NCBI GenBank assembly: GCA_015068455.1
Contig: SVKO01000001.1
Location: 489,738-553,737, forward strand
DNA length: 64,000 nucleotides
Origin: Oscillospiraceae bacterium
Lineage (GTDB): Bacteria > Bacillota > Clostridia > Oscillospirales > Oscillospiraceae
Reading direction: 5' to 3'
Shown here: positions 1-9,606 of the stretch, in pieces
How the letters are laid out: each line of letters opens with the position of its first letter
Numbering within the stretch: the stretch's first letter is position 1
Translations under genes and position numbers: made by a program
Notes under the pieces: model-generated
The model's database searches: none
Seen by the model: the letters and a program-made list of their open reading frames with translations, nothing else
Told to the model about the DNA's origin: nothing

Positions 1-26
1 GACAGATCGAGGTGAGCGACATATGA
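1..26 (+). CDS. FeoA-like protein, extreme C-terminus only (gene starts left of the window)
   Basis: Frame 3 reads ..QIEVSDI-stop (TGA 24-26), overlapping the feoB ATG at 23 (ATATGA coupling). feoA is the usual gene directly upstream of feoB. Only 7 codons are visible, so the call is positional. Confidence 0.3.
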
Positions 27-2011
27 TCTTTGCGCTTGCCGGCAATCAGAACAGCGGCAAGACCACCCTGTTCAACCATATGACCGGCTCCAACCAGCAC
101 GTGGGCAACTTCCCCGGCGTCACCGTCGACCAGAAGGTCGGCACGGTCATCGGGCAGAAAGACTGCGAAGTGGTGGATCTGCCGGGCATCTATTCCCTGC
201 GCCCCTACTCGGACGAGGAGATCGTCACCCGCAATTTTCTTCTGAACGAGCGGCCCGACGGCATCATCAATATCGTCGACGCCACCAACATTGAGCGCAA
301 TCTCTATCTGACCCTGCAGCTTCTGACCATGCAGATCCCCACGGTGCTGGCGCTGAATATGATGGACGAGGTGCGCGCCAACGGCGGCACCATCGATACG
401 AAAAAGCTCTCCGAGCAGCTGGGCGTCCCCGTGGTGCCCATCAGCGCCATCAAAAACGAGGGCGTGCAGGAGCTGGTGCGGGTCATGGTGGAGACCGCCC
501 GCCGCCGGGAGCTGCCGAAGGTGCACGACTTCTGCCCTGCGGGCCCGGTGCACCGCTGCATCCACTCCGTGTGCCACATCATCGAGGACCACGCCCAGTC
601 CAGCCGGATGCCCGCCCGCTTCGCCGCCACGAAATTCATCGAGGGCGACCCCATCGTTTCAGAGCTGCTGGACCTGCACCGGAACGACCTGGACGCCATC
701 GAGCACACCATCGTGCAGATGGAGCAGGACTGCGGCCTGGACCGAAACGCCGCCATGGCGGACATGCGCTACAATTTCATCGAAGGCGTCTGCCGGGAGT
801 GCGTGGTCAAGGCGCATGAGAGCCGGGAGCACAAGCGCAGCGTCGCCATCGACCGCATCCTGACGGGCAAATACACCGCCCTGCCGGTGTTCGCCCTGAT
901 CATGCTGAGCATTTTCTTCCTGACATTCAACGTCATCGGCAAATTCCTGTCGGATCTGCTGGCCATGGGCATCGACGGCCTGGCCATGGCTGCCGACCGG
1001 GCCCTCACCGCCTACGGGCTCAACCCGGTGGTGCACAGCCTGATCATCGACGGCGTATTCGCCGGCGTGGGCGGGGTGCTGTCCTTCCTGCCCATCATTG
1101 TGACGCTGTTCTTCTTCCTGTCCATTCTGGAGGACACGGGCTACATGGCCCGCATCGCCTTCGTGATGGACAAGCTCCTGCGGCGCATCGGCCTGTCCGG
1201 ACGCAGTGTGGTGCCGATGCTCATCGGCTTCGGCTGTACGGTGCCCGCGGTCATGGCCACCCGCACCCTGTCCGCCGACCGTGACCGCCGCCTGACCATT
1301 CTGCTGACGCCCTTCATGAGCTGCAGCGCCAAGATCCCCATCTACGCCCTGTTTGCCGCGGCCTTCTTCGCCCGGGGGCAGGCCTTCGTGATGATCGGGC
1401 TGTACCTGTTCGGCATCCTCATCGGCATCGTATGCGCGAAGCTCCTCAACCGCACCGCCTTCCGGGGCAAGCCCGTACCCTTCGTGATGGAGCTGCCCAA
1501 CTACCGCTTTCCCTCTCTGCGCAGCGTCCTGCAGCTCATGTGGGAGAAGGCCAAGGACTTTCTGCAGCGCGCTTTCACGGTCATCTTCGTGGCCACGCTC
1601 CTGATCTGGTTCCTGCAGACCTTCGACGCAAAGCTCAACGTGGTGACGGACAGCGCCAAAAGTCTGCTGGCCATGATCGGCACCGCCATCGCGCCTGCCC
1701 TGAAGCCTGTGGGCTTCGGCGACTGGCGGATCGCCACGGCGCTGATCACCGGCTTCATCGCCAAGGAGTCCGTGGTCTCCACCCTGCAGATCCTGCTGGG
1801 GGGCGCGGCCCTGTCCAGCCTGTTCACCGTGCGCAGCTGCCTGAGCTTCCTGGTTTTCACCCTGCTCTATACTCCCTGCGTCGCCGCGGTCTCGGCGGTG
1901 CGCCGGGAGCTGGGCTCCGGGCTCCGCGCCCTGGGCGTTGTGATTGCCCAGACGGCTGTGGCCTGGATCGTGGCCTTCGCCGTCTATCAGCTGCTGGGGA
2001 TCTGGCTGTGA
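23..2011 (+). CDS. feoB: ferrous iron transporter FeoB
   Basis: 662-aa ORF. N-terminal small-GTPase domain (GNQNSGKTTLFN P-loop, DLPG, NMMD) followed by a long polytopic membrane domain typical of FeoB. Confidence 0.95.
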   Translation: MIFALAGNQNSGKTTLFNHMTGSNQHVGNFPGVTVDQKVGTVIGQKDCEVVDLPGIYSLRPYSDEEIVTRNFLLNERPDGIINIVDATNIERNLYLTLQLLTMQIPTVLALNMMDEVRANGGTIDTKKLSEQLGVPVVPISAIKNEGVQELVRVMVETARRRELPKVHDFCPAGPVHRCIHSVCHIIEDHAQSSRMPARFAATKFIEGDPIVSELLDLHRNDLDAIEHTIVQMEQDCGLDRNAAMADMRYNFIEGVCRECVVKAHESREHKRSVAIDRILTGKYTALPVFALIMLSIFFLTFNVIGKFLSDLLAMGIDGLAMAADRALTAYGLNPVVHSLIIDGVFAGVGGVLSFLPIIVTLFFFLSILEDTGYMARIAFVMDKLLRRIGLSGRSVVPMLIGFGCTVPAVMATRTLSADRDRRLTILLTPFMSCSAKIPIYALFAAAFFARGQAFVMIGLYLFGILIGIVCAKLLNRTAFRGKPVPFVMELPNYRFPSLRSVLQLMWEKAKDFLQRAFTVIFVATLLIWFLQTFDAKLNVVTDSAKSLLAMIGTAIAPALKPVGFGDWRIATALITGFIAKESVVSTLQILLGGAALSSLFTVRSCLSFLVFTLLYTPCVAAVSAVRRELGSGLRALGVVIAQTAVAWIVAFAVYQLLGIWL

Positions 2012-2166
2012 CCTGGCTGGATTGGGCGGTGCTGGCCCTTCTGGCCGCCTGGGTCGCCGGCAGCATCGCGTGGATGCGCCGCCGGAGAAAAAAGGGCAAG
2101 TGCATCGGCTGCAGCGGCGACTGCAGCGCCTGTCCCCATCGGCCGGACGCCGGAAAAGAAACATAA
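2008..2166 (+). CDS. FeoB-associated Cys-rich small membrane protein (52 aa)
   Basis: GTG at 2008 overlaps the feoB stop (GTGA). Product is VTWLDWAVLALLAAWVAGSIAWMRRRRKKGKCIGCSGDCSACPHRPDAGKET: one TM helix, a basic patch and a C-terminal Cys cluster. Too short for the ORF track; it is the tail of spurious ORF 1432..2166. Confidence 0.6.
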   Translation: MTWLDWAVLALLAAWVAGSIAWMRRRRKKGKCIGCSGDCSACPHRPDAGKET

Positions 2167-2203
2167 AAAAACGAGCTGCCAAAAGTATGGCAGCTCGTTT
2201 TTA
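2165..2203. terminator. bidirectional intrinsic terminator between the feoB operon and the convergent HD-domain gene
   Basis: ACGAGCTGCC-aaaagtat-GGCAGCTCGT perfect 10-bp stem, flanked by an A-run upstream and a T-run downstream. Confidence 0.8.
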
Positions 2204-2208
2204 CGTGT

Positions 2209-2790
2209 TTACAGCGTTTCCAGCTCGTCGAGATTCCGGCTGAAGGCGCCCAGACAGTTTTCCATGAACCAGTCGAGCTCCGGCAGGCGCATTTCCTCCA
2301 GGGCCTTTTTGGTCTGGCGGGCGGCGGCCTCGAACTCCAGGTTGCCCGCCTTGAGCTCCTCGATGCACTTGATGTGGGCCGAGAGCTTGTCCGCCGCCTT
2401 CACGATGGGGCGCACGGTCTCGTCGGATTCAAACAGGGGCGCGCGCACGCCGTCCTGCAGCGCCGGCGGCAGCATGGACAGGAGTTTTTCGCAGCTGGTG
2501 CGCTCCACGGCGCGGTAGGCGTCGCGGATGCCGGTGTCGTAATACTTGATGGGCGTGGGCAGGTCGCCGGTGAGGATCTCGCTGGCGTCGTGGAACAATG
2601 CCGCCGTGGCGCAGCGCTCGGGGTCGGCGTCCAGGCCCAGTACGTCCCGCCGGATCAGCGCCAGGGCGTGGGCCAGCACCGCCACCTGGTGGCTGTGCTC
2701 CTGGATATTTTCGGAAAAGGTATTGCGCATCAGACTCCAGCGGGTGATATAGCGCATCCGCGAGAGCATGGCATAGAAGGGATAGTCCAT
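2209..2790 (-). CDS. HD-domain 5'-deoxynucleotidase (YfbR-like)
   Basis: 193 aa with ENIQEHSHQVAVLAHALA and FHDASEILTGDLPTPIKY, the H..HD..D metal-binding signature of the YfbR/HD_3 family. Confidence 0.85.
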   Translation of the reverse strand: MDYPFYAMLSRMRYITRWSLMRNTFSENIQEHSHQVAVLAHALALIRRDVLGLDADPERCATAALFHDASEILTGDLPTPIKYYDTGIRDAYRAVERTSCEKLLSMLPPALQDGVRAPLFESDETVRPIVKAADKLSAHIKCIEELKAGNLEFEAAARQTKKALEEMRLPELDWFMENCLGAFSRNLDELETL

Positions 2791-2860
2791 AGTGTTGCCT
2801 CCTTTTCGCTCAGTATAGCGGAAATCCGGCGGAAAGGGAAGCCCCTTTTGAAAAAATTTT

Positions 2861-2874
2861 CAAACAAATGTTTG
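2861..2874 (+). promoter_or_regulatory. candidate LexA operator (SOS box variant)
   Basis: Perfect 14-bp palindrome CAAACAAATGTTTG, 48 nt upstream of the lexA ATG and overlapping the predicted -35. It resembles the Firmicutes box CGAAC-N4-GTTCG with symmetric G>A / C>T changes. Confidence 0.55.
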
Positions 2875-2900
2875 CAATTTGTGAAAAGATGTGTTATGGT
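2872..2900 (+). promoter_or_regulatory. sigma-A type promoter of lexA
   Basis: TTGCAA (2872-2877), 17-nt spacer, TATGGT (2895-2900), upstream of the GGAGGG RBS and ATG at 2922. Confidence 0.5.
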
Positions 2901-2921
2901 TAATCAAAAGGAGGGACGGAT

Positions 2922-3494
2922 ATGGGCAGAACCAGCACAAAGCAGGAGGAGATCCTGGCTTTCCTGCGCGAATTCACCGAATCCCGCGGCTACGCGCCCT
3001 CCATCCGCGAGATCTGCCAGGCGGTGGGCCTGCGCTCCACGGGCTCGGTGCACTACCATCTGGCAGAGCTGGCCAGGCAGGGCCGCATCGAGCTGGACGC
3101 CGGCAAGAAGCGGGCGGTGGCGATCCAAACCCCGTCCCACGGCCGCGTGCCCATTCTGGGCGCGGTGCAGGCGGGTCAGCCGATCCTGGCCCAGGAGAAC
3201 ATCGAAGGCTATCTTCCCTGGGAGGGCGGCGACGGCTGCTTTGCCCTGCGGGTGCGGGGCGACAGCATGGTGAACGCCGGCATCCTGCCCGGGGATGTGA
3301 TCGTCGTCCGCCAGCAGAGCACCGCCGACCACGGCGACATCGTGGTGGCCCTGCTGGGCGACGAGGCCACGGTCAAGCGCCTGAGTCTGCGCGGCGGCGT
3401 GTGGCTGCTGCCGGAGAACCACGCCTACGAGCCCATCGACGGCAGGGAAGCGACGATCCTGGGCCGCGTCCGGGGCCTGGTGCGGGATTATTGA
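2922..3494 (+). CDS. lexA: LexA repressor
   Basis: 190 aa. N-terminal winged-helix (SIREICQAVGLRSTGSVHYHLAELARQG) and C-terminal S24 peptidase domain (GDSMVNAGILPGD .. VKRL). Confidence 0.95.
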   Translation: MGRTSTKQEEILAFLREFTESRGYAPSIREICQAVGLRSTGSVHYHLAELARQGRIELDAGKKRAVAIQTPSHGRVPILGAVQAGQPILAQENIEGYLPWEGGDGCFALRVRGDSMVNAGILPGDVIVVRQQSTADHGDIVVALLGDEATVKRLSLRGGVWLLPENHAYEPIDGREATILGRVRGLVRDY

Positions 3495-3495
3495 A

Positions 3496-3525
3496 CCGCG
3501 CCTGCGGATCCGGCGCGTATTTTTG
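3496..3525 (+). terminator. intrinsic terminator after lexA
   Basis: CGCGCC-loop-GGCGCG stem followed by TATTTTT, immediately after the lexA stop (3492-3494). Confidence 0.55.
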
Positions 3526-3540
3526 AGAAATCCGGCGATG

Positions 3541-3578
3541 AAAAAGCCGCTGCAAACGGACGGTTTGCGGCGGCTTTG
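3541..3578 (-). terminator. intrinsic terminator of the prfC-HAD operon
   Basis: On the minus strand: AAAGCCGCCGCAAACC-gtcc-GTTTGCAGCGGCTTTTT, a long GC stem plus T-run just downstream of the HAD gene stop. Confidence 0.75.
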
Positions 3579-3583
3579 ATGAT

Positions 3584-4216
3584 TCAGCTTTGGAAGACCC
3601 CGGCGGCGACGGCGGGCAGGTCGGGCAATTGGGCGATGCGCCATTTTGCCTCCGGCACCCGGCCGAAGCCGTAGGCGGCGTGGATGAAGGGAACGCCGGC
3701 GCCCTCGGCGGCCTCGAAATCGAGGACCGTATCGCCCACCATGGCGGCCTCGGTGATCGCGTTGCGCTCCATGAGCAGGCGGATGTTGCCGGCCTTCGGC
3801 AAACCCGTGATGCCGGGGTGGGTGAAATCGCAGAAGAATTCTTCCACGCCGGCGTAGCCGAGGAAGGCCTCGATGTAGCCGTGGACGCAGTTGCTGGCGA
3901 TCATAAGTCGGTAGGTTTTCGACAGGGCCTGCAGCGTCTCGCGCAGGCCGGGGTAGAGCTTCGCGCCGTACTGGGGGATGAAATCCGTCTCCACCCGGGT
4001 CACGTAGTCAAAAAAGGGCCTGCGCTGTTCCGGGGGCAGCTCCGGGGCCAGATGCTCCGCCAGGGCCTCCGGGCCCAGGCCCATGCCGCCGATCATGCGC
4101 TCCTTGGTCAGCACGCGGTCGACGCCCACCCGGCGCAGCTCCCGCTGCCAGAGCACCGTCAGCGGCTCCACGGCGTCCCAGAGGGTGCCGTCAAGATCGA
4201 AGATCAGGGCTCTCAT
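3584..4216 (-). CDS. HAD-superfamily hydrolase (phosphoglycolate phosphatase-like, subfamily IA)
   Basis: 210 aa. Motif I FDLDGTLWD at the N-terminus, later SN and GDTVLD motifs. The start overlaps the prfC stop (ATGA). Confidence 0.85.
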   Translation of the reverse strand: MRALIFDLDGTLWDAVEPLTVLWQRELRRVGVDRVLTKERMIGGMGLGPEALAEHLAPELPPEQRRPFFDYVTRVETDFIPQYGAKLYPGLRETLQALSKTYRLMIASNCVHGYIEAFLGYAGVEEFFCDFTHPGITGLPKAGNIRLLMERNAITEAAMVGDTVLDFEAAEGAGVPFIHAAYGFGRVPEAKWRIAQLPDLPAVAAGVFQS

Positions 4217-5802
4217 ACCGTCTGCTCCAGGGCCTCGGACAGCTCCAGACCGGGATTGCGGCGGATGGTGAAATCGATGGCCCAGCCGGAGGTGAACACC
4301 AGCAGGCTGTGGCCGCGGTAGTCCTCGAGAAGCTCCACGTCGGTGGAGAGATTGAGATCGGTGAGATCCTGCACGGGCGACTTCGTGATGAAGCGCAGGA
4401 CTTCATAGGGCAGGCCCTCCATGCGCAGATCCACGCCGTACTCGTTTTTCATCCGGTACTGGAACACGTCGAACTGCAGCGTGCCCACGACGCCCACGAT
4501 GACCTCCTCCATGCCGGTGCCCGGCACCTTGAAGATCTGGATGGCGCCCTCCTGGGCGATCTGCTCCGTGCCCTTGATGAACTGCTTGCGCTTCATGGAA
4601 TCCCTGGGACTGACCCGGGAGAAGTGCTCCGGGGCGAAGGTGGGGATGCCGGCGAAGCGGAACTTCTGTCCGGGGGCGCAGATGGTGTCGCCGATGGAGA
4701 AGATGCCGGGGTCGAACACACCGATCACGTCGCCGGCGTAGGCTTCGTCGATGATCTCGCGCTCCTGGGCCATGAGCTGCTGGGGCTGGCTCAGCCGCAG
4801 CTTCCGCCCGCCCTGGACGTGGTAATACTCCTTGTCCCGCTCAAACTTTCCGGAACACACGCGCATAAAGGCAAGCCGGTCCCGGTGGGCCTTGTTCATG
4901 TTGGCCTGGATTTTAAAGACAAAGGCGGAGAAATCCGGAGAAAAAACGTCGATTTCGCCGCAGTCCGCGGTGCGGGGCAGGGGGGCGGTGGTCATGTGGA
5001 GGAATTCCTCCAGGAAGGGCTCCACGCCGAAATTGGTCAGGGCGCTGCCGAAGAACACCGGCGAGAGGGTGCCTGCGCGGACCTCCTCCACGTCGTACTC
5101 CCGGCCCGCGCCGAGCAGCTCCACGTCGTCGATGAGGGTGTCGCGGCGGCTCTGGCCGAGATATTCCGTCACGGCGTCGTCGTAGAGGTCCACCTCCACG
5201 CTGTCGGCCCGGTTCCTGCCGGACACGCCGGAGAAGAACAGCAGCCGGTTTTTCTGCCGGTCGTACACGCCGCGGAATTCCTTGCCCGAGCCGATGGGCC
5301 AGTTCATGGCGTAGGTCTCGATGCCCAGCTCCTTTTCCAGCTCGTCGAGCAGATCGAAGGGGTCCTTGGCCTCGCGGTCCATTTTGTTGATAAATGTAAA
5401 AATGGGGATATGGCGCATGGCGCAGACCTTGAAGAGCTTCCGGGTCTGGGCCTCCACGCCCTTGCTGCCGTCGATGACCATCACCGCCGAGTCCGCCGCC
5501 ATCAGGGTGCGGTAGGTATCCTCGGAGAAGTCCTGGTGACCGGGGGTATCGAGGATGTTGATGCAGCAGCCCCCGTACTGGAACTGCATGACCGACGAGG
5601 TGACGGAGATGCCGCGCTGCTTTTCGATCTCCATCCAGTCGGAGACCGCGGCGCGGCTGTTTTTCTTGCCCTTGACCGCGCCCGCCTGGGCGATGGCGCC
5701 GCCGTAGAGCAGGAATTTTTCGGTCAGGGTGGTTTTGCCGGCGTCGGGGTGGGAAATGATGGCGAAGGTGCGCCGGCGGCTGATTTCTTCTCTCAGGCCC
5801 AT
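4213..5802 (-). CDS. prfC: peptide chain release factor 3
   Basis: RRRTFAIISHPDAGKTTLTEKFLLYGGAI, DTPGHQDF and NKMD GTPase motifs, with RF3-type length. Start moved to the second ATG (5802, MGLREE..) because GGAGGG lies 7 nt upstream of it. Confidence 0.93.
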   Translation of the reverse strand: MGLREEISRRRTFAIISHPDAGKTTLTEKFLLYGGAIAQAGAVKGKKNSRAAVSDWMEIEKQRGISVTSSVMQFQYGGCCINILDTPGHQDFSEDTYRTLMAADSAVMVIDGSKGVEAQTRKLFKVCAMRHIPIFTFINKMDREAKDPFDLLDELEKELGIETYAMNWPIGSGKEFRGVYDRQKNRLLFFSGVSGRNRADSVEVDLYDDAVTEYLGQSRRDTLIDDVELLGAGREYDVEEVRAGTLSPVFFGSALTNFGVEPFLEEFLHMTTAPLPRTADCGEIDVFSPDFSAFVFKIQANMNKAHRDRLAFMRVCSGKFERDKEYYHVQGGRKLRLSQPQQLMAQEREIIDEAYAGDVIGVFDPGIFSIGDTICAPGQKFRFAGIPTFAPEHFSRVSPRDSMKRKQFIKGTEQIAQEGAIQIFKVPGTGMEEVIVGVVGTLQFDVFQYRMKNEYGVDLRMEGLPYEVLRFITKSPVQDLTDLNLSTDVELLEDYRGHSLLVFTSGWAIDFTIRRNPGLELSEALEQTV

Positions 5803-5986
5803 GGGAAGCCCTCCATACATAATTCATTCAAACGAAATTAGTTTACCACAGTTTCCACAATTTCACAAGGGCTTTTTTCAGCAATTTGCCGGGAAACGGT
5901 CCAAAAGCGCCGTTTTTTTGCCGATGAATGAAATAATGCTGTAAAATTGAGCGGAAAGGTGATATGATACACACGAGGTGAGAATT

Positions 5987-6157
5987 ATGGAATCAATGGA
6001 ACCCAAAACCGATCAGCAAGCCCCGGAGGTCGTGGAACCGGAGCAGGAAAAATACGTCCCCCGGCCCAAGTGGCAGATCGCCATGGCCTGGATCGGGCTG
6101 GTCATCATGGCCATCGGCATTGCCCTGTACTACTATTACATCGCCACGAAGTACTGA
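5987..6157 (+). CDS. hypothetical small membrane protein (56 aa)
   Basis: GAGGTG RBS 6 nt before ATG 5987. Product MESMEPKTDQQAPEVVEPEQEKYVPRPKWQIAMAWIGLVIMAIGIALYYYYIATKY has an acidic N-terminus and one clear TM helix. The stop is 1 nt before the chromate-transporter ATG (TGATATG). Not in the ORF track (<60 aa). Confidence 0.45.
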   Translation: MESMEPKTDQQAPEVVEPEQEKYVPRPKWQIAMAWIGLVIMAIGIALYYYYIATKY

Positions 6158-6158
6158 T

Positions 6159-6698
6159 ATGAAAAAATACCTTGCGCTGTTCGTTTCCTTTTTTAAGGTG
6201 GGCATTCTGACCTTCGGCGGCGGCTACGCCATGCTGCCCATGCTCCAGCGGGAGGTGGTGGAGCGCCGGGGCTGGATCACCGAGGAGCAGATCCTCGACT
6301 GCTATGCCATCGGCCAGTGTACCCCCGGCGTCATCGCCGTGAACACCTCCACCTATGTGGGATTTCTGCAGGGCGGAGCCCTCGGCGCCGTCTGCGCCAC
6401 CCTGGGGGTCATTTTTCCGTCGCTGCTGATCATCAGCGCGCTGGCCAGCATCATTCGCCGCATCTCCCATTTTGACGCCGTGCGCCATGCCTTTGCGGGC
6501 ATCCGCGTGGCGGTGAGCGTGCTGGTGCTGCAGGCGAAGCTGCGGCTTTGGAAAAAGGGCGTGAAGGGTCCCGCCGCCATCGGCGTATGGCTGGCGGCAC
6601 TGGTGCTGTCCGCCTTCTTCGGCGTGAGCGCGGTGTGGCTTGTGGGCGCGGCCATCGTTGCCGGTCTCGTGCTGGCCTGGAGGGAGGCGAAGGCATGA
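6159..6698 (+). CDS. chromate transporter family protein (ChrA half-size, N-type)
   Basis: MKKYLALFVSFFKVGILTFGGGYAMLPMLQREVVERRGWI is the classic CHR-family opening. Start reset to 6159 (MKKY). Confidence 0.88.
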   Translation: MKKYLALFVSFFKVGILTFGGGYAMLPMLQREVVERRGWITEEQILDCYAIGQCTPGVIAVNTSTYVGFLQGGALGAVCATLGVIFPSLLIISALASIIRRISHFDAVRHAFAGIRVAVSVLVLQAKLRLWKKGVKGPAAIGVWLAALVLSAFFGVSAVWLVGAAIVAGLVLAWREAKA

Positions 6699-7246
6699 TC
6701 TATCTGCAATTATTCTGGGAATTCTTCAAGACCGGCCTGTTCGCCGTGGGCGGCGGCCTGGCCACCATCCCCTTCCTCTACGATATGTCCGCCCGTTACA
6801 GCTGGTTCACCAAAGAGGAGCTGGCCAATATGCTGGCCATCAGCGAATCCACCCCCGGTCCCATCGGCATCAATATGGCCACCTACGCCGGCATCAACGC
6901 CGCGGGGCTGCCCGGCGGCGTCGTGGCCACCCTTGCCCTGGTGCTGCCGTCGGTCATCATCATGATCCTGATCGCCGGCGCCATGGAGCGCTTCCGGGAC
7001 AACCGGATCGTGGGCAGCGTCATGAAGGTGCTGCGGCCGGTATCCGTGGGCCTCATCGCCAGCGCCACGCTGACGGTGCTGCGGGTGGCATATATTCAGG
7101 AAGGAACGGATCTGCTTGCCATGATCAAATGGCCGGCGCTGGCCCTGGGCGCCGTGATCCTGGCCGTCAATCTCAAATGGAAGAAGCTGCATCCCGTGGT
7201 GCTGATCGCCATCGGCGCCGCCGGCGGGATCGCACTGGGACTATGA
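6695..7246 (+). CDS. chromate transporter family protein (ChrA half-size, second subunit)
   Basis: MIYLQLFWEFFKTGLFAVGGGLATIPFLYD.. The ATG at 6695 overlaps the upstream stop (ATGA). Paired short CHR genes are a known arrangement. Confidence 0.88.
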   Translation: MIYLQLFWEFFKTGLFAVGGGLATIPFLYDMSARYSWFTKEELANMLAISESTPGPIGINMATYAGINAAGLPGGVVATLALVLPSVIIMILIAGAMERFRDNRIVGSVMKVLRPVSVGLIASATLTVLRVAYIQEGTDLLAMIKWPALALGAVILAVNLKWKKLHPVVLIAIGAAGGIALGL

Positions 7247-7247
7247 T

Positions 7248-7745
7248 ATGCGTATTTTAGGCATCGACCCCGGCTACGCCACCACCGGCTTCGGCCTCAT
7301 CGAGGCACAGCGCGGGCAGTTCCGACTGCTGCAGAGCGGCGTCATCACCACCCCGGCGGACATGGATTTCCCCGCCCGGCTGGAGCTTTTGTATGACGAC
7401 ATGACCCGGCTGATCGCGGAGCTGAAGCCCGACTGCGCGGCGGTGGAGGAGCTGTTCTGGGGCAGGAATATCACCACCGGCATCGGCGTGGCCCACGGCA
7501 GGGGCGTGATCCTGCTGGCTCTGGCCAAGTCCGGCGTGCCGGTCACCGAGTACACCCCCATGCAGGTCAAGCAGGCGGTGGTGGGCTACGGCAAGGCGGA
7601 GAAGCACCAGGTCATGGACATGACCAAACGCATTCTCAAGCTGGAAAAAATGGTCCGCCCGGACGACGCGGCGGACGCCATTGCCATTGCCCTGTGCCAC
7701 GGACGGTCGAGCTCGTCGCTGCTGGCCCGGTTAACGGAGGAATGA
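7248..7745 (+). CDS. ruvC: crossover junction endodeoxyribonuclease RuvC
   Basis: MRILGIDPGYATTGFGLIE.. with the conserved acidic catalytic residues; 165 aa. Confidence 0.95.
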   Translation: MRILGIDPGYATTGFGLIEAQRGQFRLLQSGVITTPADMDFPARLELLYDDMTRLIAELKPDCAAVEELFWGRNITTGIGVAHGRGVILLALAKSGVPVTEYTPMQVKQAVVGYGKAEKHQVMDMTKRILKLEKMVRPDDAADAIAIALCHGRSSSSLLARLTEE

Positions 7746-7748
7746 TCT

Positions 7749-8345
7749 ATGTATTACTATCTGAACGGCACCGTCACCCTCCTGGAGGAGGGACTGGCCG
7801 TGGTGGAATGCGGCGGCGTGGGCTACGCCTGCCGCACCACGACCCATACCCTGTCCCAGCTCCGGCTGAAGGAGCCGGCGCGGCTGTGGACCTATCTGAG
7901 CGTCCGGGAGGACGCCATGGAGCTGTTCGGCTTCGCCACCCGGGAGGAAAAGCGCATCTTTGAGATGCTGCTGGGCGTGGGCGGCGTGGGCCCCAAGGCG
8001 GCCCTGTCCCTGCTTTCCACCGTGCCGCCGGATCAGCTGACGCTGGCGGTGATGACCGGCAACGAGAAGGCCCTCACGAGCGCCCCCGGCGTGGGCAAGA
8101 AGATGGCCCAGCGGGTGATCCTGGAGCTCAAGGACAAGCTGGGCGCAAATCTGGAGCTGGATTTCTCCTCCGGCCCCGTGTCTGTCCCCGCCCCCGACAG
8201 CGGCATGGCCCTGGCCATGGCCGGCCTGGCGGAGCTGGGCTACAGCCAGGCGGAGATCACGAGCGCCATGAAGAAGATCCCCCCGGAAACCACCCGTACA
8301 GAGGACATCATCCGCCTGGCCCTGCGCGCCATGGCGATGCCGTAA
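7749..8345 (+). CDS. ruvA: Holliday junction branch migration protein RuvA
   Basis: 198 aa with tandem HhH motifs (LLGVGGVGPKAALSLLS, LTSAPGVGKKMAQRVILELK). Sits between ruvC and ruvB. Confidence 0.95.
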   Translation: MYYYLNGTVTLLEEGLAVVECGGVGYACRTTTHTLSQLRLKEPARLWTYLSVREDAMELFGFATREEKRIFEMLLGVGGVGPKAALSLLSTVPPDQLTLAVMTGNEKALTSAPGVGKKMAQRVILELKDKLGANLELDFSSGPVSVPAPDSGMALAMAGLAELGYSQAEITSAMKKIPPETTRTEDIIRLALRAMAMP

Positions 8346-8432
8346 CCGCCGCCCGCTTCGTCCGCACCCACAGGGCGGCCGGATCCCCGGCCGCCGCCAA
8401 ATGACGTCCTGCGTTTATGTTAGGAGAAGCCC

Positions 8433-9470
<1,038 letters not shown>

Positions 9471-9577
9471 AACAAACGTTTCTTTTTTGAAACCCGCATA
9501 CCTGTTTGAATATTATGTATATGATTGTCGAAACCAACTAAAACAGAACAATTTATCAAAAAAATTTTAGGAAACTA

Positions 9578-9606
9578 TTGACAAATGCGAGAATTGTTCT
9601 TATAAT
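9578..9606 (+). promoter_or_regulatory. consensus sigma-A promoter
   Basis: Perfect TTGACA (9578-9583), exactly 17 nt, perfect TATAAT (9601-9606), inside an AT-rich island. Confidence 0.8.
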
